From NCBI GenBank assembly GCA_017468085.1, contig JAFUJR010000029.1, positions 3,371 through 67,370 on the forward strand: DNA of 64,000 nucleotides, given 5' to 3'. The stretch is from Clostridia bacterium (GTDB lineage: Bacteria > Bacillota > Clostridia > Christensenellales > Borkfalkiaceae). The notes under the pieces are model-generated. The model had not been told where the DNA came from. It saw only the letters and a list, made by a program, of their open reading frames with translations, and did not search any database. Below are positions 47,718 through 55,431 of the stretch, one piece after another. The translations under genes and the position numbers were made by a program. How positions within the stretch are numbered: position 1 is the first letter of the stretch; every line of letters begins with the position of its first letter.

Positions 47718-49043
47718 TTAGAAATTTAAGTCTACCTTCTTTTCTTTGGTTGCCTTGATGAAGCCGTCTTCGTAGAGCTTCTTCGTCGTTTCGTATGCGT
47801 ATTCTGCTACGTAATCTACTTCGACAAAGTTTTCTTCCTTTTCAGCCGCAAGTTTTTCAGCCAAAGCTACTGCAAGACGAACTGCTTTCTTTGCCGCAGC
47901 GTCGCTCTTAACCTTTACCATGAAAGGCGTGCTTTCGTAAGCCTTTTGACCGCCGACGTTCTTCTGATGATATACGGTGGTTTTGAATTCGGGATCTTCG
48001 GGATCGAGCGCAAGATAGAGGCAAAGAGTTTTACCGCAAATATTGATTTTTGCAACCGTATCGCGACCAAAGTTAAATCTGTCGCCATGCCAACTTACGT
48101 TGGAATTAATTCTCTTGTAAGAGGTAAGTTCGTTTTTGATTTGGCTATAATAGGATTTTACGTCGTCTTCGCTCTGTTTAAGTTTTGCCGTGAAGCTCTT
48201 CTTCAAACGAATAACCAGACCAGTTTCTGCATCTACAAGGTTATTTTCGTCAAGGTCGGGAAGGATAAGGATAGGGTCTTGCGCGACTGCCATTTCTTCC
48301 TTAACCTCTACGGGAGCGGGTTCTTCCGCAACGGGTTCAGCCGCAGGAACTTCTTCCACTACTTCTTCAACAGGTTCTTCAACAGGCTCGCAAACGCAAG
48401 GTTCTTCTGCGGGAGCTTCCTCTGCGGGAGCGCAGGTGCATTGGCTACGGAGTTCGTTCGCAACGCCCTTCGCAATTGCGTCGATACCTTCTTCGTCGAG
48501 AACGAGATCGTAAGAAGTTTCTTCTTCGATGCCGAGCTTTTGCGCTACCTTTTCCGCGATTGCGTCGATACCTGCTTCGTCGATGACTACGTCGTAAGAA
48601 TGTTCTTTCGCCGCCATTCTTTCAGCAACCATATCCGCAAGACGTTCGTAATCGAAGGCTTCGGTATGTACGGGCGTATTGGCAACCAAGCTTTCATAAG
48701 CCGCTTGAAGTTGCTGATAGTTATATTTCAACTCGGTGAGTTCTGCAATTGCCGCCTTGATTTCGTCCAACGCCGCGAGCTTATCGTCGTTGGTTGCAAT
48801 TTTGGAAACGACTTGTTCTTCCATTACGTTTTCAACACCGACGTAAAGGCTTTGAATCTGTTTTTGCGTATAGTGGAATTCACGCATGATTTCTTCGTTG
48901 TTTCCCGCCGTTTGAACAGCCTCGTTCAATGCATTCAATTGCGCAGAGGTATTCTTAAAGTCCTTTTCCACGCTCGCCTGCAATTTCTGCAAGTCGTTAG
49001 CAACCGATTGATACAAAGATTCAAATTGTTTTTTAAAAGCCAT
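47718..49043 (-). CDS. Hypothetical protein: coiled-coil N-terminus, acidic Pro/Glu/Val linker, conserved-looking basic C-terminal domain
   Basis: The start is taken at ATG 49043 (GAGGTGA upstream). Contains two 22-aa repeats, SYDVVIDEAGIDAIAEKVAQKL and SYDLVLDEEGIDAIAKGVANEL. The linker is PAEEAPAEEPCVCEPVEEPVEEVVEEVPAAEPVAEEPAPVEV. Confidence 0.6.
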   Translation of the reverse strand: MAFKKQFESLYQSVANDLQKLQASVEKDFKNTSAQLNALNEAVQTAGNNEEIMREFHYTQKQIQSLYVGVENVMEEQVVSKIATNDDKLAALDEIKAAIAELTELKYNYQQLQAAYESLVANTPVHTEAFDYERLADMVAERMAAKEHSYDVVIDEAGIDAIAEKVAQKLGIEEETSYDLVLDEEGIDAIAKGVANELRSQCTCAPAEEAPAEEPCVCEPVEEPVEEVVEEVPAAEPVAEEPAPVEVKEEMAVAQDPILILPDLDENNLVDAETGLVIRLKKSFTAKLKQSEDDVKSYYSQIKNELTSYKRINSNVSWHGDRFNFGRDTVAKINICGKTLCLYLALDPEDPEFKTTVYHQKNVGGQKAYESTPFMVKVKSDAAAKKAVRLAVALAEKLAAEKEENFVEVDYVAEYAYETTKKLYEDGFIKATKEKKVDLNF

Positions 49044-49102
49044 GTTTATCACCTCGTTTTTTATTCTCACCGTTGATAACTGCGCCCTTTCCCCAAAGGT
49101 AG

Positions 49103-49335
49103 GGGGCAGGTATCCGTTCATTTTCCCCACACCCTAGGCAGGTACGCCGCTATTACATCTATTATTATAGCACAACATTTCCCTTGGGTCAAGGGTTTGA
49201 GCAAAATTTTTCCATGAAAAAACCCGTTTTTTTCAGAAAAATTAAACTTTTTTCCTACGAAACGGGTTTCCGAGTTTTTATTTACCTTTTATCCCGCTTT
49301 TTTTGGTAAAAAACGGGAAAATGCATACCTGCCCC
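49103..49335. repeat. Pair of inverted 11-nt repeats (GGGGCAGGTAT) with a further shared CATTTTCCC, enclosing a 233-bp intergenic segment; MITE-like or long-range RNA stem
   Basis: 49103-49113 GGGGCAGGTAT and 49325-49335 ATACCTGCCCC. A third, related copy GGCAGGTA lies at 49137-49144. The same 10-mer recurs at 33286-33295. Confidence 0.5.
49164..49192 (-). promoter_or_regulatory. Consensus promoter for the 47718-49043 gene
   Basis: The minus strand reads TTGACC, a 17-nt spacer, then TATAAT. Confidence 0.55.
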
Positions 49336-49337
49336 TC

Positions 49338-52013
49338 TTATTTTTCCTTTTTCTTGTCGTTTTTACGCTCGATGAGCTTTACGATTTCTACAATAGGAAT
49401 TACAAGGAACGCAATTGCGATTGCTACAAGGTAATGCCACCAATCCATATAAGCAAATTCGAATAATTCGGTGGATACGAAAGGCACGAGCACAACGATA
49501 AGCGTCAACACCGCAGAACCGATAGCCGCCCAGGTGAGCATCTTGTTCCCCTCGTTAAGTTGGAATAAGCTCTTTTTCTGCGAGCGCATATTGAAGCTGT
49601 GGAAAATTTCCGCAAACGACAAGGTCAAAAACGCCATGGTCATGCCGTAGCTGCTCGTTTCAAATTTCCAAGACCAACCGCCGAGCTCGAACGCGTGCCC
49701 TAAGAAATAGGACGCGAGGGTGAGCACCGCAACGAGCAAGCCTTGATAAATCACGTCGCCGCCCATACCGTCGGCAAACACGCCCGCTTTTGCGTTGCGG
49801 GGTTTGCGCTTCATAACGTCGGGTTCCGCTTTTTCCATACCGAGCGCAAGCGCGGGGAAACAGTCGGTAACAAGGTTGATCCAAAGCAAGTGCACGGGAT
49901 TGAGCAAGGTTACGCCGCAAAGAGTCGCAACGAAAATGCCGATGACTTCACTCATATTGGAAGCGAGCAAGAATTGGATAGCCTTACGGATATTGTCGTA
50001 AATACGTCTACCCTCTTCCACCGCGCCGACGATGGTGGCGAAGTTGTCGTCTGTGAGTACCATGTCCGCAACGTTTTTGGTTACGTCCGTACCCGTGATA
50101 CCCATACCGACGCCGATATCCGCCGATTTGATGGAAGGCGCGTCGTTTACGCCGTCGCCCGTCATCGCCGTTATATAGCCGGCGTTACGCCACGCATTGA
50201 CGATGCGCGTCTTATGCTCGGGCTGAACACGCGCATAAACGCTGATGTTTTGGAACTGCTTAGTAAATTCTTCGTCGCTCATTTCGTCGAGCTGAGCGCC
50301 CGTAACCGCGCGAACGGTTTCGTCCAAAATGCCGAGTTCTTTTGCGATTGCAATTGCCGTATCGATGTGGTCGCCCGTGATCATAATAGGACGGATACCT
50401 GCACTACGGCATTCTACGATAGCGTCTTTAACCTCGGGACGGACGGGGTCGATCATACCGCAAAGACCGATAAAACAAAGGTCTTGTTCGAGATTTGCAG
50501 GCTCGGTATCTTCGGGGACAGCCGTCCAAACGCGTTCTGCGCACGCAAGCACACGGAGCGCTCTGTCTGCCATCGCCTTATTCGCTTCGAGAATTTGCGC
50601 CTTGTATTCCGCCGTCATAGGCACGGCTTTGCCGTCCTGCAAGTAATACGCGCACTTGTCGATAACGACGTCGGGCGCACCCTTGGTGTACTGAATAATA
50701 CCAGCCGACGTTTCGTGCAAGGTACTCATCATCTTACGGTTGGAATCGAACGGAGCTTCGCCAACGCGAGGATTCCCTGCGCGGAGCGCAGGATTTTTCA
50801 TTTCCAATTTATCTGCCCAAACGACGAGCGCCGTTTCGGTGGGTTCGCCCGTAACCGAGCCTTCTTCGTCGATTTTTGCGTCGGAGCAGAGCGCCATTGC
50901 TTTTGCGACGCGCCCTTCGTCCTCACCGAAATAATCGACTACCGTCATCTTGTTTTGAGTGAGCGTACCCGTCTTATCCGAGCAGATGATCTGCGCGCAA
51001 CCGAGGGTTTCTACCGCAGTCAGTTTACGAATGATCGCGTTGCGCTTGGACATATTGGTAACGCCGATGGAAAGCACGACGGTAACGACCATCGCCAAGC
51101 CCTCGGGGATTGCCGCAACCGCCAAAGAAACGGCGATCATAAAGGATTCCAAACCAAAATCCAAATTGATTTCTTGGTTGACAGCGCCGCGGATAAGCTG
51201 AATACCGAATACTACGACGGAAATGCCAATGATAAGGAAGGTAAGGATTTTAGAGAGCTGCGCGAGCTTTCTTTGCAAAGGCGTTTTGCCTTCTTCCGCC
51301 TGGGTAAGCGCGCCTGCGATCTTACCCATTTCCGTGTTCATACCCGTTGCGGTAACAACGGCTACGCCACGCCCGTAAACGACTACGCTACCCATGTAAA
51401 CCATGTTCTTTCTATCCCCCAAAGGCACGTCCTTGGCATTTTCGCCAAGCGTGAGCGCTTCGGTGATTTTTGTAACGGGTAAACTTTCGCCCGTGAGCGC
51501 CGCTTCTTCCACCTTCAAGCTCGCGCTTTCAAGGATACGCGCGTCGGCGGGAACCGCGTCGCCTGCTTCAAGCAAAACAACGTCGCCGACAACGAGGTCT
51601 TCGCTGGGAACGATTTGCGTTTTTCCGTCGCGGATAACCTTTGAATGCGCCGCAGACATCTTTTGCAGAGCTTCGATTGCCGCTTCCGCCTTACTTTCTT
51701 GCACGACGCCCAAGATTGCGTTGACAAGAACAACCGCCATAATGATGATGACGTCTACAAAGCCCATTACGCCCTCGTCCTCAAGGACGCCCATCACGCC
51801 GCTGATAACAGCCGCTACGATGAGGATAATGATCATCGGGTCGGCAAGCTGAGCTAAAAAGCGGACGATCCAAGGCTTCTTCTTTGCTTCGGCAAGTTTA
51901 TTTTTGCCGTTTTGCGCCAAGCGCTCTTGCGCGGTTTGCGTGGAAAGACCGTTTTGTGCGGAGCTCTTTACTTCGCTTAAAACACTTTCCGTGCTTTCAC
52001 AATAGTGTTTCAT
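49338..52013 (-). CDS. P-type cation-transporting ATPase, type IIA (Ca2+/Mn2+ pump-like)
   Basis: 891 aa. Phosphorylation motif CSDKTGTLT, hinge TGDGVNDAPS and TGES-type actuator region AALTGESLP. Ten predicted helices. Confidence 0.9.
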   Translation of the reverse strand: MKHYCESTESVLSEVKSSAQNGLSTQTAQERLAQNGKNKLAEAKKKPWIVRFLAQLADPMIIILIVAAVISGVMGVLEDEGVMGFVDVIIIMAVVLVNAILGVVQESKAEAAIEALQKMSAAHSKVIRDGKTQIVPSEDLVVGDVVLLEAGDAVPADARILESASLKVEEAALTGESLPVTKITEALTLGENAKDVPLGDRKNMVYMGSVVVYGRGVAVVTATGMNTEMGKIAGALTQAEEGKTPLQRKLAQLSKILTFLIIGISVVVFGIQLIRGAVNQEINLDFGLESFMIAVSLAVAAIPEGLAMVVTVVLSIGVTNMSKRNAIIRKLTAVETLGCAQIICSDKTGTLTQNKMTVVDYFGEDEGRVAKAMALCSDAKIDEEGSVTGEPTETALVVWADKLEMKNPALRAGNPRVGEAPFDSNRKMMSTLHETSAGIIQYTKGAPDVVIDKCAYYLQDGKAVPMTAEYKAQILEANKAMADRALRVLACAERVWTAVPEDTEPANLEQDLCFIGLCGMIDPVRPEVKDAIVECRSAGIRPIMITGDHIDTAIAIAKELGILDETVRAVTGAQLDEMSDEEFTKQFQNISVYARVQPEHKTRIVNAWRNAGYITAMTGDGVNDAPSIKSADIGVGMGITGTDVTKNVADMVLTDDNFATIVGAVEEGRRIYDNIRKAIQFLLASNMSEVIGIFVATLCGVTLLNPVHLLWINLVTDCFPALALGMEKAEPDVMKRKPRNAKAGVFADGMGGDVIYQGLLVAVLTLASYFLGHAFELGGWSWKFETSSYGMTMAFLTLSFAEIFHSFNMRSQKKSLFQLNEGNKMLTWAAIGSAVLTLIVVLVPFVSTELFEFAYMDWWHYLVAIAIAFLVIPIVEIVKLIERKNDKKKEK

Positions 52014-52070
52014 GTTTTCTCCTAATATATAATATTTTATTGCTGATTAAGGGGTATTTAATACCGAAAT

Positions 52071-52240
52071 ATAAAAAATACCGAGCGCGGCGTAATTACC
52101 GCGCTCGGACTTGATACAAGAGACCGACGTCATTTGCGCGCATACGCCACGAAAATGAGTCTTGCACTTTAAGGCAAACCAGACTGCAACAGCCGATATT
52201 GTTGATTTGCCACGCTTACGCGCACGCTACTCCCTCAATA
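52071..52240 (-). promoter_or_regulatory. yybP-ykoY-like (Mn2+) riboswitch leader with terminator hairpin upstream of the P-type ATPase
   Basis: The minus-strand leader contains GAGGGAGUAGCGUG near its 5' end. It also has GUUGCAGU and AGUGCAAGACUC, which resemble the conserved GGGGAGUAG / UUGACA / AGCAAGACC blocks. It ends in CCGAGCGCGG taattacg CCGCGCUCGG plus a U-run (52071-52108). Confidence 0.55.
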
Positions 52241-52252
52241 GATTGTAGTATG

Positions 52253-52281
52253 ATTATAGCATCATTGGAAATCTTTGTCAA
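52253..52281 (-). promoter_or_regulatory. Perfect consensus sigma-70 promoter driving the riboswitch-ATPase transcript
   Basis: The minus strand reads TTGACA, a 17-nt spacer, then TATAAT. Confidence 0.7.
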
Positions 52282-52412
52282 GAATTTTTTGCGTATATCT
52301 TGTGAAAAAATTCCGCGGCGCAAAATTGCCCCGCGGAAAATATATTGTTTGAATCTATGCCTGCCCGTTGAAGAACGGCAAAACGGCGGAGATACGACGT
52401 ATATACACCGTT

Positions 52413-53207
52413 TTACTCTTCGTCGTCGTAAGGCAAATCTACGTTATGATATACGTTCTGTACGTCGTCGTGTTCTTCCAATGCGTCGAGCATTTTTTCG
52501 AACGTAGCCGCTTTATCCTCGGGCAACGTGATTTTGTTTTGGGGAATCATGGCAACTTCCGCTTGTACGAAACGGATTTTGTCCTCTACTTCCTCATTTC
52601 TTCTGCCTTGGGGTGCAGCTGCAACCATTTCCTTGTTCTTTTCTTCCAAGAATTTACGAACGTCGGAGAACGCTTCGGGTGCGGTGAAAATTTCGTATAC
52701 GTCGCCGCTTACGACTACGTCGTCCGCGCCTGCTTCCAAAGCAATTTCCGTAATCGTATCCTCGTCAAGCTCTACCGTTCTTTCCACCACGATATAACCC
52801 TTGTTATCGAAATTATAGGATACGCAGCCGTTTTGACCGAGCTGACCGCCGTGTTTACTCAAAATGGAACGAACGTCGCCTGCGGTACGGTTGATGTTGT
52901 CGGTGAGGGTTACGATGATAACCGCCGAGCCAGCCACGCCGTAGCCTTCGTAGGTGAGTTCCTTATAATCTGCGCCGCTCATTTCGCCCGACGCTTTTTT
53001 AATGCTACGCTGAATATTGTCGTTGGGCATATTTGCCGCTTTTGCTTTTGCGATGATATCTGCAAGTTTGCTGTTGGTGTCGGGGTTGGGATTGGTTTTT
53101 GCCGCTACTGCAATTTCTCTGCCGAGCTTGGTGAAAATTCTGCCTTTCGCCGCGTCTGCCTTACCCTTTTTTGCCTGTATATTGTGCCATTTGCTATGTC
53201 CTGACAT
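52413..53207 (-). CDS. YebC/PmpR family DNA-binding regulator / translation factor
   Basis: MSGHSKWHNIQAKKGKADAAKG N-terminus and YebC-like length. Confidence 0.9.
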   Translation of the reverse strand: MSGHSKWHNIQAKKGKADAAKGRIFTKLGREIAVAAKTNPNPDTNSKLADIIAKAKAANMPNDNIQRSIKKASGEMSGADYKELTYEGYGVAGSAVIIVTLTDNINRTAGDVRSILSKHGGQLGQNGCVSYNFDNKGYIVVERTVELDEDTITEIALEAGADDVVVSGDVYEIFTAPEAFSDVRKFLEEKNKEMVAAAPQGRRNEEVEDKIRFVQAEVAMIPQNKITLPEDKAATFEKMLDALEEHDDVQNVYHNVDLPYDDEE

Positions 53208-53244
53208 AATTCTTACTCCTTAATTTTAATCGTTAAACTCGTCC

Positions 53245-53994
53245 TTAATCAATAAACTCGTCCTTTTGTAGAACGTACATAATAATTCCTGCGGAAATTG
53301 CCGCGTTTAAACTTTCTTGCGTGCTCCGCATAGGGATTTTTACAGTGTGCGTAGCGCGAGCGCGCACCTCGTCCGAAACGCCGTTTGCTTCATTCCCAAT
53401 CACCAAGACAAAACGCTTGGGCGCAACGTAATGAAACACGTTTGCCCCACCCATGTCCGCGATGAGTACGGGAATATCGCCTAAAACAGACAAAATTTCC
53501 GAACGCTCTCCGCGGTAGATTTTGGTGAAAAATACACCGCTCATACTCGCACGGACGCACTTGGGAGAGAAAGGGTCTGCACATTCCTGCGTCAAATAAA
53601 CTTCCTCATACCCTGCGGCGTTGGCGGTACGGAGTATCGTGCCGACGTTGCCGGGGTCAGCCACGCCGTCTAATAAAAGGCATTTCCCTTTCGGCGCGCA
53701 AAGCGCAGTATCGGGGATACGCACCCTACACAAAACGCCTTGCGGCGATTTTTCGTCGGAAAGGAAACGGAAAACGCCGTCGGAGACGTACACGGGCTCG
53801 GCTTGGCAATCGGGCAGTTCGCCGCGGTAGCTTTCCGCAACGAAAACACGCTCGATTTCCAGCTTGCTCTTTTGGCATTCGAGCGCCATTTTATAGCCTT
53901 CCACGAGAAAAAGACCGCATTCTTTACGCGCTTTTTTATCCTTTAAAGCCGCCGTTTCTTTGACGAGTGGGTTGTTTTTGGACGTTAAAATCAT
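53245..53994 (-). CDS. TrmH/SpoU family RNA 2'-O-methyltransferase
   Basis: 249 aa. SpoU C-terminal motifs LVIGNEANGVSDEV ... IPM ... SLNAAISAGIIMY. Confidence 0.8.
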   Translation of the reverse strand: MILTSKNNPLVKETAALKDKKARKECGLFLVEGYKMALECQKSKLEIERVFVAESYRGELPDCQAEPVYVSDGVFRFLSDEKSPQGVLCRVRIPDTALCAPKGKCLLLDGVADPGNVGTILRTANAAGYEEVYLTQECADPFSPKCVRASMSGVFFTKIYRGERSEILSVLGDIPVLIADMGGANVFHYVAPKRFVLVIGNEANGVSDEVRARATHTVKIPMRSTQESLNAAISAGIIMYVLQKDEFID

Positions 53995-54007
53995 TGCTGT
54001 ATAATAG

Positions 54008-54039
54008 TGAAAAAAGCCTTTTACTGCGAAAAGGCTTTT
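54008..54039 (-). terminator. Rho-independent terminator after rplT
   Basis: AAAAGCCTTTT cgcagt AAAAGGCTTTTTT on the minus strand. Confidence 0.8.
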
Positions 54040-54048
54040 CTTATTCGA

Positions 54049-54399
54049 TTAAAGCGCTGCTTTCGCTTTTTCAACGAGCGCCGTGAATGCCGCCGCGTCG
54101 TTTACCGCAAGGTCAGCAAGTACCTTTCTGTTGAGGTTGATACCTGCAACTTTAAGGCCGTGCATAAGTTTGCTGTAGGAAAGTCCGTTGATTCTTGCCG
54201 CCGCGTTGATTCTTGCGATCCAAAGACGACGGAAATCTCTCTTTCTTCTTCTTCTGCCGATGAACGCATAGTTCAAGGACTTCATAACCGCTTCGCGCGC
54301 GATTCTGTAGGAACGGCTCTTGCTGCCGTAGTAACCTTTGGAAAGTTTAAAAATCTTTCTACGCTTCTTAACCGCGTTAACTGCTCTCTTAATACGCAT
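54049..54399 (-). CDS. rplT: 50S ribosomal protein L20
   Basis: 116 aa; [29 protein letters not shown]. Confidence 0.95.
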   Translation of the reverse strand: MRIKRAVNAVKKRRKIFKLSKGYYGSKSRSYRIAREAVMKSLNYAFIGRRRRKRDFRRLWIARINAAARINGLSYSKLMHGLKVAGINLNRKVLADLAVNDAAAFTALVEKAKAAL

Positions 54400-54418
54400 A
54401 CTCTTTTACTCCTCCGTC

Positions 54419-54619
54419 TTATTTCTTGTAAGGCATCATGCTCTTAACCGTTGCTTCCTTGGTGGAGTCAACAAGTGCGCATTGACGCAAGTTTCTCTTT
54501 CTCTTTCTGTTCTTGGTTTCTGCTTTGTGGTTCTTGCCGCCGTGTGCGCGGTTTACCTTACCGGTACCGGTGAGCCAGAAACGCTTTTTCGTGCTGCTAT
54601 GTGTTTTCTGTTTAGGCAT
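54419..54619 (-). CDS. rpmI: 50S ribosomal protein L35
   Basis: 66 aa; MPKQKTHSSTKKRFWLTGTGKVNRAHGGKNH. Confidence 0.95.
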   Translation of the reverse strand: MPKQKTHSSTKKRFWLTGTGKVNRAHGGKNHKAETKNRKRKRNLRQCALVDSTKEATVKSMMPYKK

Positions 54620-54690
54620 ATTTTTATCCTCCGAATTTTTTTACATGTTTATTTGCCAGCCTTGCCTTGCGGCGCGGCGGTTTGCCTGCA

Positions 54691-55200
54691 TTATTTTGCG
54701 GGAGAGAGAATCATCAAAATGTTTCTGCCTTCCGTCTTGGGTTCTTTGTCCATTACGGCTTTTCCGCCGAGCATATCAAAGAAACGACGCATTACGTCGA
54801 TACCCATTGCCGCGTGCGCTTGCTGACGTCCGCGCATACGGATAGAAACCTTTACCTTGTTGCCGTCGGCAAGCATTTCCACAGTCTTTTTCGCCTTTAC
54901 GTTCAAGTCGCCGATATCAATCGTCATCGAAAGGTAAATTTCTTTAAGCTCGACAACCTTTTGATTTTTACGGTTTTCCTTTTCACGCTTTGCTTGCTCG
55001 AACTTAAACTTTCCGTAGTTCATGATTTTGCATACGGGGGGCACTGCGTTGGGGGAGATCTTCACCAGATCCAACTCCGCCTCGTCTGCAAGGCGCTGTG
55101 CTTCCTGCGCGCTCATAATGCCGAGCTGTTCGCCCGTTTCGGAAATAACTCTGACTTCTTTATCACGAATTTCTTCGTTGATTTGATGCTGTTCTTTAAT
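54691..55200 (-). CDS. infC: Translation initiation factor IF-3, probable ATT start
   Basis: Conserved IF-3 sequence INEEIRDKEVRVISETGEQLGIMS...VCKIMNYGKFKFEQ. ATT at 55200-55198 lies 8 nt after GAGGT and just downstream of a terminator hairpin. The track ATG (55311) and the internal ATG (55242) fall in or upstream of that hairpin. Confidence 0.8.
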   Translation of the reverse strand: MKEQHQINEEIRDKEVRVISETGEQLGIMSAQEAQRLADEAELDLVKISPNAVPPVCKIMNYGKFKFEQAKREKENRKNQKVVELKEIYLSMTIDIGDLNVKAKKTVEMLADGNKVKVSIRMRGRQQAHAAMGIDVMRRFFDMLGGKAVMDKEPKTEGRNILMILSPAK

Positions 55201-55206
55201 GGCCGT

Positions 55207-55352
55207 ATACCTCACAACAAAAATTAAAGGGTCGCTATGCATAGCAACCCTTTTTTCGACGTAATATCTCCGCGTTTTGCGGTAGAGAAAATATCGAGCC
55301 GTATCAATCAAAACTATACGGCGAGAAGGTTCGCTTCTGCTTTAGCTTAATA
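55207..55352 (-). promoter_or_regulatory. Leader with intrinsic terminator upstream of infC-rpmI-rplT (position and form of an L20-dependent attenuator)
   Basis: A ~140-nt leader ends in GGGTTGCTAT gc ATAGCGACCC plus TTTAATTTTTG (55215-55250), immediately before the infC start. L20 leader identity is inferred from context only. Confidence 0.45.
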
Positions 55353-55381
55353 ATATTAACATAAAGCGTACCTTCTGTCAA
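55353..55381 (-). promoter_or_regulatory. Promoter of the infC operon leader
   Basis: The minus strand reads TTGACA, a 17-nt spacer, then TAATAT. Confidence 0.55.
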
Positions 55382-55431
55382 GCGAATTTTCGTTCTTTTA
55401 TAAAATTTGTCAAAACTTTTTTTACTTTTTC

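Noticed and set aside
47946-49076. 376-aa plus-strand ORF
   Set aside because: It is antisense to the 47718-49043 gene, has odd Phe/Arg-rich composition and no ribosome-binding site.
49743-51482. 579-aa plus-strand ORF
   Set aside because: It lies entirely antisense to the P-type ATPase gene, has Arg-rich low-complexity composition and no start signals. It is a shadow ORF.
55201-55311. Upstream extension of the infC ORF from ATG 55311 or ATG 55242
   Set aside because: Both lie within or before the leader terminator hairpin and precede the region of IF-3 homology. The ATT at 55200 with a properly spaced GAGGT is preferred.
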